From: a virus
Taxonomy: Duplodnaviria; Caudoviricetes
IMG/VR virus record: IMGVR_UViG_3300040733_000124
Span: 1 to 37,949 of that record
Direction: 5' to 3' (one strand)
DNA: 37,949 nt
The notes beneath the pieces are model-generated. The model was given only the letters and a program-made list of their open reading frames with translations. It ran no database searches and had not been told where the DNA came from. Below, piece by piece: positions 10,233-17,896 of this stretch (positions within the stretch are counted from its first letter, which is position 1; each line of letters opens with the position of its first letter). A program made the position numbers and the translations under genes.

Positions 10233-10439
10233 TCACTTCGCGTCCTCTTTCTTCTTGCTGCCGGACAGTATGAAGGCCACCCCCACGCCAACCCAAAGCA
10301 GAATCTTCATAGTGCGGGGATCGATCTCTATTGCATAACCCATGTCGTTCATGACCCCGCCGGCCATGATAAGGATGCCCATCACTGTTGTTTTCAGATC
10401 CTTTACGCGTCCAATAATGTCGTTTATCTGATCCATCAA
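10233..10439 (-). CDS. Putative holin (2 TM)
   Basis: KTTVMG plus two hydrophobic segments and basic C-terminus; in lysis cassette. Confidence 0.55.
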   Translation of the reverse strand: MMDQINDIIGRVKDLKTTVMGILIMAGGVMNDMGYAIEIDPRTMKILLWVGVGVAFILSGSKKKEDAK

Positions 10440-10867
10440 ATCACCAGCGTTTTAATGAATTTTAGAATCGTCGTCCCGTAGGCCTCGTAAAACTCTTTGC
10501 CCGCCAAATATTCAACGCGATTCGTACAGCCTATAATTTTCCCCTTATCCTGGGCGGTTAGGGTTTCCTTGGCGCAGAGTTCGTCAAGTATCCCCATGGT
10601 CCTTTGCAGGTCGACCGATAATTTATATTCAAAGTCAGTGCCGAACGTACCCCGTATCAGACCAGAGATAAAAGGCCAGGCCTTGACGATCTGCTCAGCG
10701 CTTGGCGCCCCGCGATCATAGGCCTGCTGGTACATCTTCCCTGTCTGCTCGCCGATCCTGGAAGATAAGGGGGCGAAGGCACACCCGGAAAAGAGGATGA
10801 TACAGAGTAAGAGGATCAAGATCGTCGCTATTCCAATCTGCCGCGGTTCCTTGTCGAGTTTCATCAC
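10436..10867 (-). CDS. Lipoprotein in lysis cassette
   Basis: Hydrophobic signal followed by lipobox LFSGC. Confidence 0.65.
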   Translation of the reverse strand: MMKLDKEPRQIGIATILILLLCIILFSGCAFAPLSSRIGEQTGKMYQQAYDRGAPSAEQIVKAWPFISGLIRGTFGTDFEYKLSVDLQRTMGILDELCAKETLTAQDKGKIIGCTNRVEYLAGKEFYEAYGTTILKFIKTLVI

Positions 10868-11379
10868 AGCACTCCTTCATAGATGATGTCGAAATGTTTG
10901 GAGATGCGCCACTCGTCGACTAGTTGGTCGGGAGTCACGCCCCAGTAATTTTTCCCCTCAAGCAAAGACGCCCCGGCATTGATCAGAAACATTGCCGTCA
11001 ATTCAGAACATACCGGCGTCTTGAGCCAATGCACCCAGCGGGCGAGGCCCAGGGCGTGAAGCGCCAGCCGGTGAAAGGGATATGTGCGGCCCTTCAGCGG
11101 TAGAATCTCATTGAAGGCGCGGTTCAGGGAATCAATATCCAGCTTATTGTACCGTGCGATCAGAACCTTATTTCCGCGATACGACGCGAAGAGATTCTGC
11201 TCCGCTATGGTCCAGACGGCTTCCAATGTTTTCCCCTTGACGGACTGGATTATTCCAGTGTGGCCGTACTCAGCCTGGCCATCTGGAGACTTCACCATCT
11301 GAGCGAGGCAGATCGCCTTCCCCAACCCGTTAGGATTCTTGGTTGCGAAAACATCGCCGGGAAGCAGTTGCGGTCTCAT
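10864..11379 (-). CDS. Permuted papain-like amidase (YaeF/YiiX, C92-like)
   Basis: LLPGDV, YGHTGI (His first), TLEA, GRTY, VCSEL (Cys last), VTPDQL. Confidence 0.8.
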   Translation of the reverse strand: MRPQLLPGDVFATKNPNGLGKAICLAQMVKSPDGQAEYGHTGIIQSVKGKTLEAVWTIAEQNLFASYRGNKVLIARYNKLDIDSLNRAFNEILPLKGRTYPFHRLALHALGLARWVHWLKTPVCSELTAMFLINAGASLLEGKNYWGVTPDQLVDEWRISKHFDIIYEGVL

Positions 11380-11380
11380 C

Positions 11381-11860
11381 TCATGCCTCCTTGAAAAATT
11401 CGTGCTTACCGATTGCCTTGATCAAAGTCATTCCCGCCTTCAGCCATTTCTCCTTTACAAGCGGGGCCACCTTCGGGTTGAGATATTGGCAACAATTCAC
11501 CGCCGCAAGTTCCTTGTCACGCGGGATCTCGCCCTGGAGCATCCCCGCCGCAATCCCGAAGCAGATCTGCAGAGGTGGCCGGCGTTGGTACTCGTGCGTC
11601 CAGTCGGTCGCGATCCTGACGGCTTCCTCGTAATACTCCCGGCCTGCTTCCGGCATGGTCCAGCTGAACTGCCAGGGCCACATGATAACTTCCTTGATCG
11701 TGTTGCCATCCCATTTCCTGTGATCAACTCGCTCCAGGACAATCGTTCCGACGGCTATTTTGCCGTCTGTCGGCTCGCCGCCAGCTTCCCGTTCAATGCA
11801 TAGGGCGAGGAGTTGCTGGTCGGTTAGGCTGTCGAATATGGTTCGGTCTGCTTTTCTCAC
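11381..11860 (-). CDS. SleB/Hydrolase_2 cell wall hydrolase (endolysin)
   Basis: REAGGE..GKIAV, TIKEVI...WQFSW, YLNP, IGKHEFF. Confidence 0.85.
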   Translation of the reverse strand: MRKADRTIFDSLTDQQLLALCIEREAGGEPTDGKIAVGTIVLERVDHRKWDGNTIKEVIMWPWQFSWTMPEAGREYYEEAVRIATDWTHEYQRRPPLQICFGIAAGMLQGEIPRDKELAAVNCCQYLNPKVAPLVKEKWLKAGMTLIKAIGKHEFFKEA

Positions 11861-11871
11861 TTTTCAATCTT

Positions 11872-12240
11872 TCATGGCATCGGCATCGGATGGCCGATGA
11901 AAATCGTGTAAAGCCACTTAACAATGAAGGCTATGGCGCTGCCGGCCATGATGAGTCCGGCAGTTCTCAGCCGTTTATTCCAATCAATCGCCAGGTCTTC
12001 TTTCTTCTCAGCAACGCCTTCTTTTACTTTATCGACGGCATCTTTGACCTCCAGACACTTTTCAACGTCGGATAGTCTTTCCAGGCACCCACCGGGGCCC
12101 TGCCGCTTTTCCTGACAATTCTTGAGCTCTTTATATAACCCTGAAATACCTTGATCGATCTTGGCACCCAACGTCTTATTTGAATCGTCGATCTTGGCGT
12201 TTACGGCTTGGAATTGCTGGAGAATGACCTCGTCGTTCAT
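11872..12240 (-). CDS. Coiled-coil protein with C-terminal TM (holin/antiholin-like)
   Basis: Heptad-rich N-terminus, one hydrophobic C-terminal segment; first gene of lysis cassette. Confidence 0.5.
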   Translation of the reverse strand: MNDEVILQQFQAVNAKIDDSNKTLGAKIDQGISGLYKELKNCQEKRQGPGGCLERLSDVEKCLEVKDAVDKVKEGVAEKKEDLAIDWNKRLRTAGLIMAGSAIAFIVKWLYTIFIGHPMPMP

Positions 12241-12257
12241 CGCTAATTCCTTTTATG

Positions 12258-12291
12258 ATCGAATCCCCTCCTTTTCCGGAGGGGATTCGAT
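12258..12291. terminator. 14-bp perfect hairpin after major capsid gene
   Basis: ATCGAATCCCCTCC-ttttcc-GGAGGGGATTCGAT; no U-tract on the minus strand, so attenuator or stabiliser rather than strong terminator. Confidence 0.6.
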
Positions 12292-12305
12292 TCCTGTTCT
12301 ATTCG

Positions 12306-13274
12306 TTACGGATCGATGATATTTCCGAGCAGGTACCCGGCGCCGGTGAACACAAAGCATTCATCGACGTTGTGGCGCACGCGGTAAATGTTGCTCCGTT
12401 TCTTCTCTTCCCGATACTGTTCGGTTACGAGATTCTGCGGAGAATCCGCTGTCCATAAGAAGGTCCTGCCAAGGCATGGTTCCCTGAGTTCCGGCCCGCC
12501 AATCGAAACCGCGGCCAGGAGAATATATTCGTCATCCCACAGGTCGGCAATCGATGCGGCCTTCCCTTTCTTTGCGGAATCCTTTATTGCCCCGCCGACC
12601 AGGACCTCATCAACTCCGAAATACTGCGCGAGCAGACGACGCTTGACTTCTTCCCCTCCGAGTTCGATGGGGTTCGTATACCTGAATGCGTCCTTGATCT
12701 CTTTTGTGATCAGCACGGTATCAAATACCTTTTTGCTCATCGCAATCTTGTTGGGAGCCAGCCCGGAAGACGCCCTCATGGCCGCTTTTGCTGTTTCCAC
12801 ATCGGCCTGGGGTGTAGCCGTCGCCGAAGTATTCCAGGCTACCGATACATCGGAAGTATTGGTAATATTCGATGTGTTCATCAGCATGGAAGCTATGCGG
12901 GCCTCCTGGCCCCTGAGCAGGATGTCAACCGCTCTTTTGGTGGCGACTTCCTCGGCGTCGAAGAACCTGGCATAGAGCCTGGCCTCGACATCGTCAACGA
13001 CCTCTTCCCAGCCATGTTCTTCGCAAGCATAGGTGCCCATCTCGAATTCCCAGTCGCCGCGGGCATAATCGCTCCTGGGTGCTCTCTTGGTATCCGGGAT
13101 TTTTAAAAGGGCTTCGAGAGGGATCACCGGATAATCGGAAGACTGAAGGGGAACATCGAAGATCGGGAGCAGGGACAGCCCGATAAATCCCCGCTGCGAT
13201 GCTTCGAGGTTGTATTCATATGCGATAGCGCCGAGATCCGGCCGCTGGATCGTTGTGCTTGAAGTGGGTCTCAT
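12306..13274 (-). CDS. Major capsid protein (gpE-like)
   Basis: 322 aa; FIG..LLP, KRAPRS, YACEEHG, GAGYLLGN motifs; after decoration protein. Confidence 0.85.
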   Translation of the reverse strand: MRPTSSTTIQRPDLGAIAYEYNLEASQRGFIGLSLLPIFDVPLQSSDYPVIPLEALLKIPDTKRAPRSDYARGDWEFEMGTYACEEHGWEEVVDDVEARLYARFFDAEEVATKRAVDILLRGQEARIASMLMNTSNITNTSDVSVAWNTSATATPQADVETAKAAMRASSGLAPNKIAMSKKVFDTVLITKEIKDAFRYTNPIELGGEEVKRRLLAQYFGVDEVLVGGAIKDSAKKGKAASIADLWDDEYILLAAVSIGGPELREPCLGRTFLWTADSPQNLVTEQYREEKKRSNIYRVRHNVDECFVFTGAGYLLGNIIDP

Positions 13275-13301
13275 TGGTTAATTTCCTCCTTTCCTGTCAG
13301 A

Positions 13302-14264
13302 TTAAGAAGTCAACAGCTTTTTCTTGTATTCGATCCAGACGCCGTAAATATATACGGCGTCACCGTCATTCGTGCCGCCCAAGGTAAGGACAACACTGAT
13401 GGCGCTCGGCGAAGCGAGGAGCCCATCGAGACCGCACGTGAACACAAGTTCCGAGCCGGCAGCAACAATCGCCTGGGCAGCCGTATCCTGGATGTCGGCA
13501 TTTGCCACGTCGGCGGCGGCTACGGGATAAACCTCGCAATCGAGAGTAAGCGAGTCGTTATTGGCGTCCTTGCCGGCCAGAACATGAATGTTAAGGTCGG
13601 CAAGGATGTCGATATCTTGGGGGAGCGGGACAGAAAATCCCAAGGCCTCTCCGGAGGCGCAGTTGACCGGGATTTCAATTACGATTTCCTTGTCGGAGAT
13701 CTGCGCATAACCCGCGACGGTTGTCGCCTGTTTGGTCAGAGCAGTCCCGTCCTCCATGGTGATGGCGCCGAGCGGGATCGGTACGGTGGCCTGAATGGTT
13801 TTCAGGGCCTGGTAGATTTCCGCGAGCGCGGCCTCGACGGTTGCCGCCGAAGTGAAGCCGCCTGTATCCGCGATGCTGACGGTCCCTGCAGTTGTCGATT
13901 TGACATTGGAAAAAGCCACCTCGATAATGGCGCCGGATACTCCGGTCTCCATGGCGGTCCCCTGGGCGCTGCCACTGGAGGCATCGCTCACCTTACCGTC
14001 ATTCGCGCCATAGAGTATGGTCCCCCTGGCGATTGCGGAATCGACCACGCATTCGCATTCGAAAGTACCTGGTGACGAGTTGAGCTTCACGGCAACGAGC
14101 TCAGTATTTGCGACGGCGTATTCAGTGACGCCGATAAAGTCTTCTCCGGCATCAGCATAAACTACCTCGGGCGGATCTGATGTCGTGCCGGACTTGATTT
14201 TGACCCGCCTTTTAGCGGCAAGGGCCTCGCCCGCGGTAAATGTTTTGTTTCCTTCGTTGTACAT
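13302..14264 (-). CDS. Head decoration/cement protein (DUF2190-like) with C-terminal extension
   Basis: TFTAGEALAAKRRVK, IGVT, GAIIEV in first ~120 aa; TVEAALAEI linker; before capsid gene. Confidence 0.7.
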   Translation of the reverse strand: MYNEGNKTFTAGEALAAKRRVKIKSGTTSDPPEVVYADAGEDFIGVTEYAVANTELVAVKLNSSPGTFECECVVDSAIARGTILYGANDGKVSDASSGSAQGTAMETGVSGAIIEVAFSNVKSTTAGTVSIADTGGFTSAATVEAALAEIYQALKTIQATVPIPLGAITMEDGTALTKQATTVAGYAQISDKEIVIEIPVNCASGEALGFSVPLPQDIDILADLNIHVLAGKDANNDSLTLDCEVYPVAAADVANADIQDTAAQAIVAAGSELVFTCGLDGLLASPSAISVVLTLGGTNDGDAVYIYGVWIEYKKKLLTS

Positions 14265-14267
14265 GGA

Positions 14268-14777
14268 TTATTCCTCCTTTCCGGAATTGATTTTGTCGAG
14301 CCAGGCCTGATGCAACTCCGGCTTTTCATTGGCAACAATCTTGATTGCCTTTGCCCGGCTTATGTTCTTTTCTTCCATCACCTTCGCGACGGCCCCCTCG
14401 AAATCTTCCTTCTTTTCCTTGGAGTCCCCCGCTTCGGAGGCAGCGGCCGGTACCTTCGGGGTATCTTTTGTATCTTTTTTCATGTCCCCGAGGGCCTTCT
14501 CCCGATCGGAATCGGCCGCGGCCAGGATCTTCACCGCTGCTTCTGCCGCAGTGGTTTTGCCGTCTTCGATCGCGGCACCGATGATTTCATCATGACCGAG
14601 GCTTTTAACGGCCCTCAATTCGACTATCCTTTTGCGCTCCGCTTCAGCACCGGAAGCGAAACCCTCCTTGCGGCCGGCGTCAAGGCCCTCTGCCTTACCC
14701 TTGTCCAGGGCACTCTTCTCGATCGCCTGGATCAGTTCCGGATAGGCCGCCCGTAACTTTTCAACTGTCATTTCCAT
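14268..14777 (-). CDS. Capsid scaffolding protein (Nu3-like)
   Basis: MTVEKLRAAYPEL, GAEAERKRI motifs; own GGAGG RBS. Confidence 0.75.
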   Translation of the reverse strand: MEMTVEKLRAAYPELIQAIEKSALDKGKAEGLDAGRKEGFASGAEAERKRIVELRAVKSLGHDEIIGAAIEDGKTTAAEAAVKILAAADSDREKALGDMKKDTKDTPKVPAAASEAGDSKEKKEDFEGAVAKVMEEKNISRAKAIKIVANEKPELHQAWLDKINSGKEE

Positions 14778-15702
14778 TATTGCGTAACCTCCTTTCAGTT
14801 TCGTCAGCCACGGACGCCCTGTCCAAGAAGCTGGCTGGATTTTTTTCGATATTCGATATCAAAGCCGGCAGCGTGGAAACACCGTCCACCAAGCCGGCAT
14901 TAATCGCCTGAACACCCCTGAAGACCATACCGTCCGCCCAGGGGATCGTTTCTGTTTTGCCTACCTTTATGGGCTCAGCAGAGAGGCCCCGGTATCTTGC
15001 GACATCGTTCACAAACACGCTGTAAAGGTAATCGAGCGTGTCCTGGATATAATTCCGTCCGGATTCACTCAGGGATGCATATTCGGAAGCAATACGTTTG
15101 TACCGGCCGGCCGTGATCTCGGTTGTCTTGATTCCCCTCATCTCCTCGGCCTTGCTGACGTCGACATGGCGCGCGACAATACCGATGGACCCGACAGACG
15201 TGGTGTTATTGGAGATGTATATCCGGTCGGCTGCAGCTGCCACCCAATACGCTGCGGAAAGCATGCCGCCGTCCGTGAAAGCGATTATGGGCTTACCCTG
15301 GCCCCGGGAATTGAAGATCACTTGCGCCAGGTCCTGGATCCCGTCGACCGCACCGCCCGGAGAATCGACGTAAAGCAGGATGGCCCTTACCGAAGCATTG
15401 GCCATTGCATCATTGAAATCGCGGGCGAGCAGCTGGGTGGAAACCCCTCCGGAGATCCGCTGGAAGGCATTCATCCGCTTCGCCAGAATCCCGTCGACAT
15501 AAATCGTCGCAGTCCCGCCAGGACTCACGTCATAAGGCATTTCCTTATTGTCGAGAGGTTTGCCGATCCTCGCCTCGATTGCCTTGATATCGGTTTCGGT
15601 CAGCTTGGGACCCCGGGTATGCGCAATGTATATATCCTGAATTTCCGTCAGGACCTCAGGCTGGATGGCCCAGGGAGCTGTGATAATATCGATTACTCTC
15701 AC
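14761..15702 (-). CDS. S49 family prohead protease (gpC-like)
   Basis: DSPGG, SAAYW, VGSIG, AGRYK, GLVD. Confidence 0.92.
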   Translation of the reverse strand: MRVIDIITAPWAIQPEVLTEIQDIYIAHTRGPKLTETDIKAIEARIGKPLDNKEMPYDVSPGGTATIYVDGILAKRMNAFQRISGGVSTQLLARDFNDAMANASVRAILLYVDSPGGAVDGIQDLAQVIFNSRGQGKPIIAFTDGGMLSAAYWVAAAADRIYISNNTTSVGSIGIVARHVDVSKAEEMRGIKTTEITAGRYKRIASEYASLSESGRNYIQDTLDYLYSVFVNDVARYRGLSAEPIKVGKTETIPWADGMVFRGVQAINAGLVDGVSTLPALISNIEKNPASFLDRASVADETERRLRNNGNDS

Positions 15703-17315
15703 TGCTGTCCCTCCTGTATCTGCTGCTGGATCTGCTCACTCTGATCGGGAGCCTTTGCCGGTTTTTTTTGCCCGGAAGACCAGAGCCCTATCTCTTTCAG
15801 GGCCGCCCTTTCCTTCCGGATCCGCGGCAGGTTCTTTTCCATGTCGCCTCCGGTTAAGAGCCTGGTCTCTTCATCCAGTGTACTCATGCCGTTTTCTATC
15901 AGGGTCACTGAAGCATCGACGTCTTTTTGCCTATCGATATAACCCGGGGAATCGCCGCCCCAGACACTTTGGCAATATGCGTACCTGATCATTGGATCGG
16001 AGAAAAACCCAGGTGCCCGGATACGGCCCACGACGACAGCCTCATAAAGAAAGGCCTCATAGATAGCCTGACAAAAATAGGCAGCCATCCAGGCGCGCCG
16101 GCCGCGGAAAAATCTCCATGCCTCGAGAAGGGCAGCCCTGGACGCGCTATATGAGGCGCTGAAGTGCCTGATTATTATTTCGAAGGGTATCTCAAGGGCG
16201 GCGCCGATCTGCTCCAGGATGGACTTCATGAATGGATCAAATGCGGAATTGGGCCGGGTGGGATCGGCTGACTCAATGCTCTCACCTTTGGCCAGGCCGA
16301 TGATTGCGCCCGACGCAAGTTTCATATCTTTATCTCCGACCTTGGCCCCAGTCTCCTGGCCAAGTTCTTCGGTATCGAATTCCATATCTCCGGATTCCGA
16401 TTTGATGAAAACAGTAAACATCGAAGATATGACAGCTGCCATGATCTCCGCTTCCGTATAGCGGTCCAACTGTTTGAGAGTTTCGATTACGGGCGCAAGG
16501 TAAGGCACTCCTCGCGTCTGTCCTGGACGGATCGGACGGAATAAATGCATAACGTTCGGCATGCCGGTCGGACTGAATGCCGGCATTATGGTCCATGTGT
16601 ATGATTTGCGGGAATAGTAAGGAGCTCCCGGATGCTGGTTGAGGATGTGATAATATACCGGAGCTCCATAATCGTCTCTTTCAATCCCCTCGATAAGTTT
16701 ATCCGTATTTGATTTGAATCCCTCGTTACAGACGCGGTCCGCTTCAACCAGCTGGACCTTCAGCATGTAGGGACTGCCCGGGCGGGTTACTTTCGGCAGC
16801 AAAGTGAAGACTTCACCGTTCTCGAGGACCTGGCGGAAGGCGAGCTCCTGGAGAGTGGCAAAATTGAATTTCCGGGAAACATCGCATTCCCGGGATTGCG
16901 CCCACATTCTGAATTCTCTCTCGGTGTTTGCCTCCCACTCGTCCGCATCTTCATCGCTTAGTCCCAAATATTGCCGGTCGATACGAGAATCCAAGGTGAG
17001 CCCGGTCCCGATTGTATTGGTAAGGCAGGTGCTTATGGCGCCAGTGGCGATCGGGGCATTGCGCGCAAGGTCCCGGGAGCGCTCTCTCAGGACCTTCAGA
17101 TCGTAAATAACATCGGAATCGGCATCTCCCGTCGCGGTAATCCATTCCTGGGTTGCGCGGCGGGTCCGCGATGCTCCGATATAGGCGCCGGCTATGGCCA
17201 TCATTGCACGGGAACGCATACGGCGAGCGGCCCGGACAGGATCAAGATAACCGATCGCCTTATCGATAAAGTTTTGTTTCACCTCAATCATTTTTGAGCC
17301 GGCTCGGAATTTCAA
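15699..17315 (-). CDS. Portal protein, lambda family
   Basis: LRERSRDLARN, RPGQTRGVP, SYSASRAALLE, YIDRQKD; start may be ATG 17291. Confidence 0.95.
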   Translation of the reverse strand: MKFRAGSKMIEVKQNFIDKAIGYLDPVRAARRMRSRAMMAIAGAYIGASRTRRATQEWITATGDADSDVIYDLKVLRERSRDLARNAPIATGAISTCLTNTIGTGLTLDSRIDRQYLGLSDEDADEWEANTEREFRMWAQSRECDVSRKFNFATLQELAFRQVLENGEVFTLLPKVTRPGSPYMLKVQLVEADRVCNEGFKSNTDKLIEGIERDDYGAPVYYHILNQHPGAPYYSRKSYTWTIMPAFSPTGMPNVMHLFRPIRPGQTRGVPYLAPVIETLKQLDRYTEAEIMAAVISSMFTVFIKSESGDMEFDTEELGQETGAKVGDKDMKLASGAIIGLAKGESIESADPTRPNSAFDPFMKSILEQIGAALEIPFEIIIRHFSASYSASRAALLEAWRFFRGRRAWMAAYFCQAIYEAFLYEAVVVGRIRAPGFFSDPMIRYAYCQSVWGGDSPGYIDRQKDVDASVTLIENGMSTLDEETRLLTGGDMEKNLPRIRKERAALKEIGLWSSGQKKPAKAPDQSEQIQQQIQEGQQ

Positions 17316-17527
17316 GTAGGTGTACCTCCAATGAGCCGTCGGCGGCCGCTCCTGGTTGAGAGCCTGGCAATTTCATCACGCAGCCGGCGCCGTTCAGCAT
17401 AAAGGGTATCTAGTTGTGCGTTGTATTTGGATCGTCCGGATTGAGTATAAGATTGGGCTTCCTCTGCATTGGCGATTGCAGCCTGACACGTTACGAGATC
17501 GGCCTGGAGTTCCGCTAAAGTCGCCAT
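17312..17527 (-). CDS. Head-tail adaptor (gpW-like)
   Basis: AQSYTQSGRS..AQLDTLY motif; AAAGG RBS before ATG 17527; precedes portal. Confidence 0.8.
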   Translation of the reverse strand: MATLAELQADLVTCQAAIANAEEAQSYTQSGRSKYNAQLDTLYAERRRLRDEIARLSTRSGRRRLIGGTPT

Positions 17528-17615
17528 ATATGAAAACCTTTCGGTTAAATATCCGGGGCCCCGTTGACCAGGCGGGACCCCACCCATGGAGAAGAAAAGA
17601 TGTGAATCAGCGAGG

Positions 17616-17679
17616 ATTAAATAATCAGAAAAAATGAGGCTTGTCTAAGAAGCATGCGAAACATGCGAAGCATGCGAAG
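17616..17679 (-). promoter_or_regulatory. Putative late promoter with 3.4 x 9-bp tandem repeat upstream of -35
   Basis: GAAGCATGC GAAACATGC GAAGCATGC GAAG (17649-17679); minus-strand TAGACA at 17642-17647; imperfect -10. Confidence 0.55.
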
Positions 17680-17686
17680 GTATTTT

Positions 17687-17884
17687 TTAATTTTCAGGGG
17701 GGTTTTTAAGAAGTTTTATTATTGATTCCCGATCCACCCGTATGATCCCGTGCATTTTTACCGATACAAGTTTTCCTTCATCGCACCAGCGATATACTGT
17801 TGCAATATGTATGCTGAGAAATCTGGCAACTTCAGACGGGGTTAAGAACGTTTTGTCCGGGAGATCTTTAAGTGCAGCGGCCAT
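17687..17884 (-). CDS. Excisionase/MerR-like winged HTH protein
   Basis: FLTPSEVARFLSIHIATVYRWCDEGKL...IRV (HTH_17 pattern). Confidence 0.85.
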   Translation of the reverse strand: MAAALKDLPDKTFLTPSEVARFLSIHIATVYRWCDEGKLVSVKMHGIIRVDRESIIKLLKNPPEN

Positions 17885-17896
17885 GATTCCTCCAAT

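Noticed and set aside
10433-10867. Dual-start (MM) holin/antiholin motifs
   Set aside because: Leading M is a TTG/GTG created by stop-start overlap, not an S105/S107-type motif
17687-17884. True excisionase
   Set aside because: 19 kb from int and located in the late region; regulatory role more plausible, though not excluded
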